From positions 64,001 through 128,000 of IMG/VR virus record IMGVR_UViG_3300037467_003075: DNA of 64,000 bases; one strand, given 5' to 3'. Position numbers and translations under genes: made by a program. The DNA is from a virus. Its lineage: Duplodnaviria > Heunggongvirae > Uroviricota > Caudoviricetes. Under the pieces are notes generated by a model. It saw nothing but the letters and a program-made list of their open reading frames with translations. It did not search any database and had not been told where the DNA came from. Numbering within the stretch: position 1 is the stretch's first letter; the number at the start of each line of letters is the position of its first letter. Positions 36,541 to 46,838 of this stretch are shown here, one piece after another.

Positions 36541-37510
36541 GTGGCAGTATGGCAATTATGTATTTGCGATTAATCCAAACTCTCAAGGTACTGGATTAGA
36601 AGTGGTTGGTGATAATGGACGCTTTCTTTCGGGAGCGTCCTTCTCACAGCCAAGTTTTCTATTAGAAAAGTATGGCGTAAATGCTGTGTTTTTTCAGAAT
36701 AGGAGCCATCAAGTATCGCAAGTATCATTACAAAACTCTAATTTTATAGAGTATTATAACGGCAACCTTTATGTTTTAAATAAAACAGATGACAGGGTTG
36801 ACATTTATAATAGTAATTTTATTTTAAGTTCTTCAATATCCCTTTCTTCTGTGCCGAACAAAACTTATCTTGGATTCGATGTTCAGTCTGACGGCATATG
36901 GGTTCTGTCTGATAACTCAACAGATGATACCGTGTATAAGGTCGGTTTAGACGGCAGCCTTTCTAGTACAAACAGCGTAAGTAGAACAGTTATTTCCTCC
37001 GGGATAAAACAGTTAAACGGATACTTGTGGATTTTAAGAACTAACGGTGCAATAGACAAGGTAAGAATAACTGATTTCGTAAAAGTTTCTACACTGAATC
37101 TTCCAAATGATTTAAGTTATGTTGGTCTTTCTGCTTCAACAGATGGAAATTTTCTAATCGTAGGAAACAACGATATATATCAAAAAATATATCATGTTGA
37201 TTATCTAACAGGTAACATTATTAATCAGATTTCATTTGACAATATGCAGAGTATGGACGATGTTTCATCTAATGGAATCAATTTTTATACTCTAAAAAAT
37301 CAAAAACTGTCCGTGATAAAAGGAAATACGGTAGAATGTGACTTGTTTTTGTTAGAAAAGGAAATTGATTCGAAGAAATATGTTGATCTAATTGATGACA
37401 TGGGAGTAAAGAAAAGAGTGTCTGTATCTGACTATTCTAGAAGCAGAAGAAAAGAGTTTGAACACATGTATGATGTGTCGATGTCTATTGTAAAAACAAA
37501 TAGGGGGTGA
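36533..37510 (+). CDS. Distal-tail/baseplate-like protein with beta-propeller-like insertion (paralog 1)
   Basis: Follows the tape measure gene; likely ATG 36533 overlapping its stop; beta-rich repeats. Confidence 0.55.
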   Translation: MLKWQYGNYVFAINPNSQGTGLEVVGDNGRFLSGASFSQPSFLLEKYGVNAVFFQNRSHQVSQVSLQNSNFIEYYNGNLYVLNKTDDRVDIYNSNFILSSSISLSSVPNKTYLGFDVQSDGIWVLSDNSTDDTVYKVGLDGSLSSTNSVSRTVISSGIKQLNGYLWILRTNGAIDKVRITDFVKVSTLNLPNDLSYVGLSASTDGNFLIVGNNDIYQKIYHVDYLTGNIINQISFDNMQSMDDVSSNGINFYTLKNQKLSVIKGNTVECDLFLLEKEIDSKKYVDLIDDMGVKKRVSVSDYSRSRRKEFEHMYDVSMSIVKTNRG

Positions 37511-37514
37511 TTAG

Positions 37515-38525
37515 GTGTCATTACAAAGATGGAAGCTTGGTTCTTACCAACTTAAATATAATCCAAAAGCAGATAGTAGGAGTAAAAGAGCAACAGAAGG
37601 AGAGCAAGTTAGTGTTACTGGCCTTGTTTCTAATCCGAACTTATATTATGACAATAATATAAATTTCGCTATTGATCTATATGACAAGCCTACCTACTAC
37701 GAGGCCAGTTATCTATCAACATTTACAGCCAATAAATATGCAGCGATGACAGAGAAGAAGGTTAGTGGTAGCCTCTACTGTCTTCGTCTAGGTGCAGTTG
37801 ATATTATATATAAAGACGGAACACCAAATGTAGTATTAACGCATTCATACATTGGTGCGCCGATAGCAATAGCGCACTTGGATGATAAGATAGCACTATT
37901 GCTTGGCAGTGGCTCGAATGGAAGCCTGTATATAACTGACGAAAATTTGAATCAAATTAGTAAATATACTATTACTGACCCCGATTATTTGAGTTCATCT
38001 AGTATGGCATGGGATGGTGGCTCCTATCTTTACATCTTAAACAAATACGGAAGGATATACAGAACGGACATTAGTAATGGAGATACTGTTCTAGTTTCCC
38101 AGTTTGATGATTTTACAAATAATAAGACAAACCTATTAAGCGTATACAAAGGGATGCATATAGTCAACGGGTTTATAGGATTTATCAAAAACATCACATT
38201 AACATATCTTGACTCAGGAATGAACGCAATCTATGGAAATGATATTCCTAACAATCCATCGCTAAGCAATTTGGTCAATTTATCATATGGTACATTCACA
38301 AAGGATTTTTGTGTATTAGGCTCAACTAATATTATAAAATTACATCCAAATATATGCGGTATCGATATTGAATCAATTAAGAATGAGCTAAAGAATGGTG
38401 TAGTCGTTGTCACGGATGATAAGGGCGCAAAGATTAATGTAATAATAAGTTCGGTTGACATAACAAGAAAGAGAAACAAGCAAGACGCTAGATTTGAAGT
38501 TACATTTAGCGGAAGAATAATATAA
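37515..38525 (+). CDS. Distal-tail/baseplate-like protein (paralog 2)
   Basis: Shares W..G.Y....NP at the N-terminus and DD.G....V at the C-terminus with the preceding gene. Confidence 0.55.
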   Translation: MSLQRWKLGSYQLKYNPKADSRSKRATEGEQVSVTGLVSNPNLYYDNNINFAIDLYDKPTYYEASYLSTFTANKYAAMTEKKVSGSLYCLRLGAVDIIYKDGTPNVVLTHSYIGAPIAIAHLDDKIALLLGSGSNGSLYITDENLNQISKYTITDPDYLSSSSMAWDGGSYLYILNKYGRIYRTDISNGDTVLVSQFDDFTNNKTNLLSVYKGMHIVNGFIGFIKNITLTYLDSGMNAIYGNDIPNNPSLSNLVNLSYGTFTKDFCVLGSTNIIKLHPNICGIDIESIKNELKNGVVVVTDDKGAKINVIISSVDITRKRNKQDARFEVTFSGRII

Positions 38526-38542
38526 GGGGAGGATGATTTTTA

Positions 38543-40105
38543 ATGATATCAGTTTCAGATGGCTTCAACACCGCCCTGCAAGCTGTAAACAGGATATGGT
38601 CATTAAGAGTTAAGGTGACGAGAAATAGTGCCATTGCTATCCCTCTTGATATTACAGATAGAGTAATAGATTGCAGTATCAATTGGGACTGGGAGAGAAG
38701 AAGCGCGTCTGCCAGCTTGACCTTAGATAACTTTGACTATTCTTTGTCTCCATTAAATCAGTCTAGTACTACAAATCAAGTCAGTGGACTATTCGACCCA
38801 TTATTGGATTCAAACCATATGATTGAAATATGGGAAGGTCTACTTACGGAAGACGGATATGAATATGTAAAAAGATTTACTGGTGTATTGGGTGATGAGA
38901 TAGACGCTGATACATATCCAGGTATTATCCAATTAACCGCGAGAGATAAATCAAAGCTATTGCAAGACACTTTCATTTATCAAAGTAAAACATACGGGTT
39001 AAGTGGTGGAGCGATGCCATTGCCTGAGAATGTCATTCAGGATATGATTACTACTTTTCTTCCAAGTGGAGGAGTGACACTTGCAGTTGATGACCCAACA
39101 AATTTCGTTGTCGGCAGACCAGATCAGCCATATACGGCTAAGGACATTAATTTATGGGATGCAATTCAGCAGTTGTCTGATGCGTTTAACTTCTCAGTGA
39201 TGTTCGATGAAAATGGGTCTTTAAGATTAAAAAAGGTTGTAAGAGACCTGTCAACTGTTACACCAGTATATAGTTTTGATGAGACGAAGATAACAAAGGA
39301 CAGAGTGTCCACTAGCGATTCGGATGTAAGAAACCATGTTATGCTCCGTGTTCAAGGGCTAGACCCGATTGAGAAGAAAAATGAGGATTCAATAGCTAAA
39401 TATGGAAGAAGATATTTCGAAATACATAGGAGCTTATCATATCTTATAACATCGGCAGAACAGGGGCACGAGCTAGTTGATAACATACTAAAGGACATGA
39501 GCTATGTTGTTCCCGTTGATAAAATCGAAATGCCACTATTCCCATTAATACAGGTAGGAGATGTTGTTTCTTTAACGAACACTAAGCTTGGACAAGATTC
39601 AACTACTTACAGGTATAGGGTTGTTGAAATAGGAGAGACATTTTCGAAGGATAAGAAAAGGACTCAGCTAACACTAAACGGCTATAATACTTTCGCGCCA
39701 AGTGATTCTATTGCGCCCAATCCTATAACAGATTTACAAGGAAGCACGATATCAAGAAGCATTCAGAACTATCCTAATTCCGGGTGGACTGGATATACAA
39801 AAACAGAGTATTTCCCTAGATTAAACTGGACACCACCTACCAACGATGTAAGTGGGAATGCACTTTCTGCTGATTTCGGAGGATACAGTATATACAGGAA
39901 GGCTGCTACCGACAGCACATTTTATCCTATTGCATCTGTCAAATCGTATATCGCGCCGCTAGATTTGGTCGTAGACTATTGGCACGATTATTATGCTCCA
40001 CTAGGGAATAATCAGTATAAAATTATAGCTTTTAATAAGTACGGAAAGGTTTCTTCCGAATCTTCTGTGCTGACATTAGCAAAGTTAAGTGATGCGATTA
40101 CATAG
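38543..40105 (+). CDS. Baseplate hub/Tal-like protein with C-terminal Ig/FnIII-like domain
   Basis: Synteny; LWDAIQQLSDAFNFSVMFDENGSL, LIQVGDVV, LNWTPP..GGYSIYRK. Confidence 0.6.
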   Translation: MISVSDGFNTALQAVNRIWSLRVKVTRNSAIAIPLDITDRVIDCSINWDWERRSASASLTLDNFDYSLSPLNQSSTTNQVSGLFDPLLDSNHMIEIWEGLLTEDGYEYVKRFTGVLGDEIDADTYPGIIQLTARDKSKLLQDTFIYQSKTYGLSGGAMPLPENVIQDMITTFLPSGGVTLAVDDPTNFVVGRPDQPYTAKDINLWDAIQQLSDAFNFSVMFDENGSLRLKKVVRDLSTVTPVYSFDETKITKDRVSTSDSDVRNHVMLRVQGLDPIEKKNEDSIAKYGRRYFEIHRSLSYLITSAEQGHELVDNILKDMSYVVPVDKIEMPLFPLIQVGDVVSLTNTKLGQDSTTYRYRVVEIGETFSKDKKRTQLTLNGYNTFAPSDSIAPNPITDLQGSTISRSIQNYPNSGWTGYTKTEYFPRLNWTPPTNDVSGNALSADFGGYSIYRKAATDSTFYPIASVKSYIAPLDLVVDYWHDYYAPLGNNQYKIIAFNKYGKVSSESSVLTLAKLSDAIT

Positions 40106-40116
40106 AAGAAAGGAGA

Positions 40117-43100
40117 ATGATTGTGGGTTTCAGAAGGTTCTTAATGTATGAAACAAATACGAATAGCCAGTATGCTGACTATGGCGAAGTTACTTCGATT
40201 ATAAATGAGAAGCTGATTAATGTTAACATGGGCGGCGAAAGAGATGTAAATGGCGACCTAATTATTCTTGAGGCGGTTGCAGTCGAAGGAAATTACATCC
40301 CAAAGATAGGTGACTGGGTAACAATCGAGTGGAGAAGTGGACAACCAGTTGCCATTGGTGGAAACAATAGCGGTATGTCCAATGGTCTTACCAACATCAA
40401 TGAACAAGTAAAGATAATTTCTCAAACAGATGTTGCCAGTGGAGTAATTAACTCTGACCATATTAGAGCTAATGCTATTGAAGCAAATCATATTTCTGCA
40501 AACGCAGTTCAGGCTCAGCATATTTCTGCAAACTCAATACAGTCTCAGCATATTTCTGCTGGCTCTATTCAGTCCGCCCACATTTCTGCTGGTGTTATTC
40601 AAGCTCAGCATATTTCTGCTGGTTCCATTACAACAGAAGCTATCTCAGCCAATGCCGTAACAAGTGATAAGATTGCAGCTGGCTCAATTACTTCTGAGCA
40701 TATTTCTGCTGGAACAGTTATTGCTGCAGAAATTAGCGCAAACAGTATTACGGGCGACATGATTCAAGCAAACCAAATTTCTGGTAATCACATTGTGGCT
40801 GGTTCAGTAACGGCTACGCATATGAAAGTGGGAACTATTACTGCTGAATCTGGCATCATTGCTGACGCATCTATTGGTACCGCGCACATCATCAGTGGTT
40901 CAATCACCAGCGCTAAAATTGGTTTGGCTGAAATCAAAACAGCTAACATTGCTACAGGCAATATTACTAATGCATTAATTGCAGATGCAACTATTACTGA
41001 TGCTAAGATTGATAATGTTGACGCTTCTAAAATTAAAACCGGATTCTTGGCTGCAGAACTAATTAGTGCAGGAACTATCGTTGGTAGTATGATTGCTGCT
41101 CAATCGATTGCTGGTAATCATATTGCTGCTAATTCAATTGATTCCAATCATATTAAGTCTGGTGCTATTACAGCTACTAAGATTGCAGCTAACACCATTA
41201 CTGGTGACAAGATTGCGGCCGAATCAATCAGCGGCGACAAAATCATGGTAAACTCTATCAGCGCAGAGCATATCGTGACAAGAGGTCTTGATGCACAGTT
41301 GGTTAATGTGTATAACAGTGCAACAGGTCAAGTTCTTATCGGTGGTGGCTACTTGCGCGTCGATGGAATGGATGTTGGTGTTGTCCAGTCTGATAACCTA
41401 GTAGCGAACGGACTATTTTTAACAGCATCTTCGTCATATGGCAACAAGAGAATGAACCCAGAAGGAGAAGCATTGCTTGGTAGCAATGTATATATTCCGG
41501 GCGGAAGTCAAATTTGGAAAATTGATTCGTCTAACGGTACCGTAATAAGTAAGATTGACATAACAAGCAAGAAGCCAATGGACATTGCGATAGATGAAGA
41601 TGGCACATATGCATACGCAACAGTTGATGGAGACAGTACATTAGTACAAATTGATCTAACTAACTTTACACTAACTGATAAGTCTCTTCCTATGGGAATG
41701 GGGCCAGAAACAATTAGATATACTGGCGATGCTCTTGGTGACATGAAGCACTTCTTTATTCTAAATTCTGACCCAACCGATATGATGATTCCTGACTCAA
41801 TGATAGTAATAGATGCCCCTCCAATGTCAGTAAATGGCGACTTGTATGTGCACCACCAAATTCCACTTGGCAATGGCCCGTATGACTTTGTGATTGACAC
41901 TGACAAGAAGGTATATATTACTCAATGGTCACAAGGTGATGTTGCAGTGCTTGATGCATCATTTGGCGCGTCGATGGAATGGAGAGTAGTCGCAAACATC
42001 CCTATTGCTGCGTTCGCAACAGATAATTACCATGGAGGACTTGAGGCTCAATTCGGCCTTGGCGAAGTACTTGGTGGGGACGCATCTGCAGCCTACAATG
42101 CTGGCGCAGGAATGGCTATGGCTGGCATGGATATGCACGATCATGGTTCATACGGCTCATCGGACGGCTCAATGAAAAAATACACGCCACACGGTATTGC
42201 ATTGAGTTCTGATTCAGATACATTGTTTGTTACTGACTTTGAGAATGGTGAGCTTGTTGTTGTATCTAAGAGTGGCAGTGCACCATACAACACGCTAACT
42301 GGCAGACATGATACAAGCGGTAATGCTAGCGGTGGAACCATGGGTGGTATGGGTATGGACATGAGTGGCTCACAAAGTCCTGCTATGACCGCCGCAATGG
42401 GAGAAGAAACAGGTGGCGGCCCTACTACAAAATGGGTAAGATACAGGATACCAGTTGGTCAGTCTCCTGACAGAATTGAAATTGTAAGCGGAAAGATTTT
42501 TATTTCGCTACAAGGTTCTGGAAAGCTAGCCGTAATTGACGAACAAGATATCATCGATGCAATTGAAGCAGACAGAATATTTTATATGGGCTGGAGCAAT
42601 TCTATGCCGATGAATCCTTATCCAGATATCATGGTTCGTACAATTGATGTAGGCTCTAAGCCAGGGAAAATGACTGTTGCTAATAGCATGCTATATGTGA
42701 CGCTAGCTGGACAAAATCAAATAGCGGTAGTAGATTATACAACTGAAACTGTCGTTAGTAGATTCGGCACAGGCGCAAATCCTAAGGGTCTTGCGGTGTC
42801 GCATGATGGAGCATATATCTATGTGGTCAACTACGGAGGCTCAGGTGAGCTATCATTCGTATATCCAAGAGGAGCATTTATTGGTGATGCGTATTTAGGT
42901 CTTGAGGGAATGGTTGAGTATCAAGGTGGAGAATACTGGACTCCCGATAGAAGTGATTGGGTATTCGATGTAAGCGGAAATGTGAGAACATCATCTACGG
43001 TTGAGTTTAGAATCAACGAGCCATTCCTTAACGAGGGCGGATATGTAAAACTAACCGCGCAAGGAAAAGATTATCAATACACCCAAATCGAACAAGACAT

Positions 43101-46100
43101 TTACAATGTTACCAACTATTCAAATGGTGACAATGTAATAGATACTGTCGGTGAAATTTTAATTGCGGACAGCGGAAATGTCAATTTCTATCCTAAGACA
43201 ACTGAGTGGATGGATACACCAGCGCCACACAATATTAAGATTGTTACTGAGGTAAGTGGCAATAGGATGTATGAAACACCAGACCCAAGTGAATATACAA
43301 TTCATTATAGTGGAAGTTCTAGGATTGAATTTTCTGGTGGCGTAGTTCCTTCTGGAAGTTGGGTACAGGCAGACTATCGTGCAAGAAATAATTTGTACTT
43401 TAAGCCGCATAATGGCTCAATCCTAATTGCAATTGAAAACTCTTCGTCACCAAACTATAATACAGTATTTGAAGTAGATGAGTTTGTCCCTAAGTTTGTT
43501 TCTGTTGATAATCAAATGACAGAGCCATTCTCCCCAGTTGCTGACGGAATCAGTGAAACATATACTGGACTTTGGTATAGTGTTATGACGAATAGAGCAG
43601 TAGATCAAACAGTCACATCTTCTGCGGCACCGACTTCTGGAAGTTTGTCATTGGTTGTAAATGGATTTGAACCAGATGAATTACATGGAGATACAACTGG
43701 CGACCCTGTTCCTGCGTCTAGTGGTAGCGCAACATTGCCAAGTGGTAATCAGTGGGTGAAGGTCGATCTAGGTGCGACATATATGATCGGCTCAATTTCA
43801 GTGGCCCACAGCTATGGACTAGATAGAACCTACCACGGAACAAAGACAGAGATTTCAGAAGACGGAGTAACATGGACTACGATTTATGATAGTGCTGTGT
43901 CTGGTGAGTACAATGAGAAGCCGACATATCATTCTTTACATGGTCACACCCATTATGCTAAGTTCTTTAACTTTAATGCAAAACCAGTTCGCTATATCAG
44001 AGATTGGGCGAATGGTTGGACTTCAGGTGATGGGTTAACATCTGGCAGTACAAATGACTGGACTGAGATCAAGGCTTATGGTGACTGGGAAGTTGAGTAT
44101 GACTATGTATATCCAGACAACTCGCCAAACGCGGGGGAACAAATAGCAACAAATGGTAAATGCTTTGTGTCAACAGATATCCAAGGTGCTTATGTCTATA
44201 TGGATATCCAGATCGAGTTCACTACTTGGTGGTACATGACATATATTGTTGGCCCACAATTCGGACAACTAGAAGTTGATATGCCAACAATGGGAATGTC
44301 TCACTCCCTGTTCTTGGATTCGCCATATATCAACAAAGTTGCGCACCGACATATCATGGCATTTCCTCCATCGGTTAATGTCATGGCAGATGCTACACAG
44401 GGCACTGTAGCTGGAAAGCATCGTGCGGTAATCAGACAGCTTAGCGGTAAGGTGACGATTGACAGGTTCCGCTTTGAGGACTTCCAGTACTATGCTCGTT
44501 CATCCACTTTGATACCTAACACATCATCTTCATATTTTACAAGATATAAGATTGTTGCGGAACAGGCTAAGTGGTTTATAGGTTCAGGAAATCAGTCAAC
44601 ATTCGGCGCGTATGATGAGCAAAGAACGAACCCAGATACGCATTTGCCAGATCACAGTGTGCCTATTAAGTACAGAGTAAGGGTAAAATCAGAGCTAAAT
44701 GCTGATGGTTCACAGGATGAGCGTGGAACGACATATGTGACCTCTGCTATCTTTGAGACTGGTAAGCTCAGCACTCATTGGAGGCCGTCTGCAGCGCAAG
44801 ATAGCGTAGCTGGTACCAAGATTGAGATGTGGGATGGAAACCAGCCACACAAAACAGGCATTCAGTCACACCACCTTGCCAACGGTTCAGTAAGAGGGCC
44901 AAAGATTCTGCCTGGGGCAATTATGGATTACCATATTAGTCCGTATGCGCGAATTGTAGAATCTAAACTTCTACTTAATTATCCTACGCATGGACACAGT
45001 AATAAGGCAGTACTTGATAGCATTCTTGGTTTTAGCGGAAGCGGCGTATCGATGTATGTTGCTCATGCTGACCATAACCACGATGACAGATATTTGTTGG
45101 GTAGCGGCGGAAGCATTGGGATAATCAATATCACTGGCAATGGATTTATTTCAGGAAATCAAATCTGGCACAGTGGAATTTTTGACCCAAGCCAGTATTT
45201 AACAACAGCAAATGCCGCAAGCACATACTTGACAACCGCAAATGCAGCTAGTGTTTATGCCACAATCACAACGCTAACGGGAAACTATTTGACGAGTAGT
45301 CAAGTAAGCACGAACTACTTGTCTTTGACAGGTGGGGTGCTAAGTGGAAGCCTAGTTGCTAGTGGCACCGTAACAGTCACAAATACAGAGAATCCGACTA
45401 TTAGATTTAATAGGTCTGGAGCAGGATTCTTTGATTGGGAAGTAGTAGCAAAAAGTGGTGGCGGCCTGTACTTCATGGGTAATGCTGATGGAAGTGGTAG
45501 CTCATTAACTGAGTTGTTCAAGATTGATGGTAGCGGTGCATATGTAACTGGAAGTAGAGTATGGCACAGTGGAAACTTTAATCCAGCAAACTACTATACT
45601 AAATCTGAAACATATAGTCAAACTCAGATTGATAGTAAAATTTCCACTGCTGGTGATATAAGAGCTGCTTCTGCTAATACTTTTACAAATAGTAACACAT
45701 TCACAAATGCTGGTCTTGCTATCAAAGTTCAGCCAAGTGCAAATGTGGCTGGCGCAACTAAGCTAGTTCAGGTTGCGGACTATCTAGCTAATGATATATT
45801 TGTAATTGATGCAAGTGGAAATGTGACAGTCAAAGGAAATCTAAATGTTAGCGGTAGTACAGTATACCAACAGGCAACAACTTCATCTGGTAATCAGACA
45901 GTCATTGGTAGCTTCACCGTTAGCGGAAATTCAAACCTTGGCGGAACAAGCACAGACACAACAACCGTAAATGGTAGCCTTGTCTTAACAAGTGGAACAG
46001 TATTTAAGCAGATTGGACTGCCAACAGAAGTTATGAGATTCACAGCTTTTGGTAATGGTGGCGATATGCAATTCCAAATTGACAGCACAACTAATACACA

Positions 46101-46821
46101 AATCGTAAGAAGCCTAAGTACATTTGACCCAAGTGCAAGCTGCTTGCCAAGCACTCCAGCTGGCGCGAATAGAACATACAAAATGCTTGTTCATTATTCA
46201 ATGCAAAATAGCGGTTCCGCTGTGGTCAATATGACGCAAACAGATGGAACGATTTTGAGTGTTACTAGATTGCCAGCGTTCAGCGGAGGGGTTTTTGACG
46301 GCTCAACAAGAACTTTCTTAAGCCAGCCATTCCAAATCTCATATACTGGCGACACTTACCTTAATGCCTATACGCAGATTCCAAACGCAACAACATCAGC
46401 GGCCGCGCTATCAGGAGGAAGCTTAACTACTGGAACCTGGTATTACTATGTGATACTTAAGGACGAGTTCGGAAATAGATCAGGGTTTAATCCTCCATCA
46501 TTTAGTTTCGTAGTTGCAAATGCAACAAATAAAACAGCACAGATTTCGTTCAAGCTAGATTCAAGTGGAGTTAAATCAATTTCTTCATATGGCATAACGG
46601 GGTATGAGGTATGGAGAAGTACTGGGTCAGGGACTGAAACGAAAGTTGCAGATGTATCTGGAAGCTACGCATTACCAGCGGTTGTTACGGTTGTTGATGA
46701 TGGCACGACAGTTTTGGGTACTGCCTCACCACCAAATACGAATCCTTCAACTAGCCCGACAAATGGTGTAAATCAGCTTGTAATAACTAAAGTAGATGTT
46801 ATTGCTTATGACAATTATTAA
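40117..46821 (+). CDS. Large central tail fibre / receptor-binding protein (decapeptide beta-helix repeats, YVTN-like propeller, discoidin-like domain)
   Basis: About 25 xxxHIxAxSI-type repeats; IxVGxxP propeller repeats; WVKVDLGATY..ISV..TEISEDGVTWT..VRYIR discoidin-like segment; HxH fibre motifs. Confidence 0.8.
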   Translation: MIVGFRRFLMYETNTNSQYADYGEVTSIINEKLINVNMGGERDVNGDLIILEAVAVEGNYIPKIGDWVTIEWRSGQPVAIGGNNSGMSNGLTNINEQVKIISQTDVASGVINSDHIRANAIEANHISANAVQAQHISANSIQSQHISAGSIQSAHISAGVIQAQHISAGSITTEAISANAVTSDKIAAGSITSEHISAGTVIAAEISANSITGDMIQANQISGNHIVAGSVTATHMKVGTITAESGIIADASIGTAHIISGSITSAKIGLAEIKTANIATGNITNALIADATITDAKIDNVDASKIKTGFLAAELISAGTIVGSMIAAQSIAGNHIAANSIDSNHIKSGAITATKIAANTITGDKIAAESISGDKIMVNSISAEHIVTRGLDAQLVNVYNSATGQVLIGGGYLRVDGMDVGVVQSDNLVANGLFLTASSSYGNKRMNPEGEALLGSNVYIPGGSQIWKIDSSNGTVISKIDITSKKPMDIAIDEDGTYAYATVDGDSTLVQIDLTNFTLTDKSLPMGMGPETIRYTGDALGDMKHFFILNSDPTDMMIPDSMIVIDAPPMSVNGDLYVHHQIPLGNGPYDFVIDTDKKVYITQWSQGDVAVLDASFGASMEWRVVANIPIAAFATDNYHGGLEAQFGLGEVLGGDASAAYNAGAGMAMAGMDMHDHGSYGSSDGSMKKYTPHGIALSSDSDTLFVTDFENGELVVVSKSGSAPYNTLTGRHDTSGNASGGTMGGMGMDMSGSQSPAMTAAMGEETGGGPTTKWVRYRIPVGQSPDRIEIVSGKIFISLQGSGKLAVIDEQDIIDAIEADRIFYMGWSNSMPMNPYPDIMVRTIDVGSKPGKMTVANSMLYVTLAGQNQIAVVDYTTETVVSRFGTGANPKGLAVSHDGAYIYVVNYGGSGELSFVYPRGAFIGDAYLGLEGMVEYQGGEYWTPDRSDWVFDVSGNVRTSSTVEFRINEPFLNEGGYVKLTAQGKDYQYTQIEQDIYNVTNYSNGDNVIDTVGEILIADSGNVNFYPKTTEWMDTPAPHNIKIVTEVSGNRMYETPDPSEYTIHYSGSSRIEFSGGVVPSGSWVQADYRARNNLYFKPHNGSILIAIENSSSPNYNTVFEVDEFVPKFVSVDNQMTEPFSPVADGISETYTGLWYSVMTNRAVDQTVTSSAAPTSGSLSLVVNGFEPDELHGDTTGDPVPASSGSATLPSGNQWVKVDLGATYMIGSISVAHSYGLDRTYHGTKTEISEDGVTWTTIYDSAVSGEYNEKPTYHSLHGHTHYAKFFNFNAKPVRYIRDWANGWTSGDGLTSGSTNDWTEIKAYGDWEVEYDYVYPDNSPNAGEQIATNGKCFVSTDIQGAYVYMDIQIEFTTWWYMTYIVGPQFGQLEVDMPTMGMSHSLFLDSPYINKVAHRHIMAFPPSVNVMADATQGTVAGKHRAVIRQLSGKVTIDRFRFEDFQYYARSSTLIPNTSSSYFTRYKIVAEQAKWFIGSGNQSTFGAYDEQRTNPDTHLPDHSVPIKYRVRVKSELNADGSQDERGTTYVTSAIFETGKLSTHWRPSAAQDSVAGTKIEMWDGNQPHKTGIQSHHLANGSVRGPKILPGAIMDYHISPYARIVESKLLLNYPTHGHSNKAVLDSILGFSGSGVSMYVAHADHNHDDRYLLGSGGSIGIINITGNGFISGNQIWHSGIFDPSQYLTTANAASTYLTTANAASVYATITTLTGNYLTSSQVSTNYLSLTGGVLSGSLVASGTVTVTNTENPTIRFNRSGAGFFDWEVVAKSGGGLYFMGNADGSGSSLTELFKIDGSGAYVTGSRVWHSGNFNPANYYTKSETYSQTQIDSKISTAGDIRAASANTFTNSNTFTNAGLAIKVQPSANVAGATKLVQVADYLANDIFVIDASGNVTVKGNLNVSGSTVYQQATTSSGNQTVIGSFTVSGNSNLGGTSTDTTTVNGSLVLTSGTVFKQIGLPTEVMRFTAFGNGGDMQFQIDSTTNTQIVRSLSTFDPSASCLPSTPAGANRTYKMLVHYSMQNSGSAVVNMTQTDGTILSVTRLPAFSGGVFDGSTRTFLSQPFQISYTGDTYLNAYTQIPNATTSAAALSGGSLTTGTWYYYVILKDEFGNRSGFNPPSFSFVVANATNKTAQISFKLDSSGVKSISSYGITGYEVWRSTGSGTETKVADVSGSYALPAVVTVVDDGTTVLGTASPPNTNPSTSPTNGVNQLVITKVDVIAYDNY
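40456..41290 (+). repeat. Intragenic 30-bp/10-aa repeats in the tail fibre
   Basis: CAGCATATTTCTGC recurs; protein reads QAQHISANSI, QSQHISAGSI and similar. Confidence 0.85.
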
Positions 46822-46838
46822 AGAGAGGGGATAGAAAA

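Noticed and set aside
40456-41290. 30-bp DNA repeats as a mobile or regulatory array
   Set aside because: Fully explained by the in-frame decapeptide beta-helix repeats of the tail fibre.
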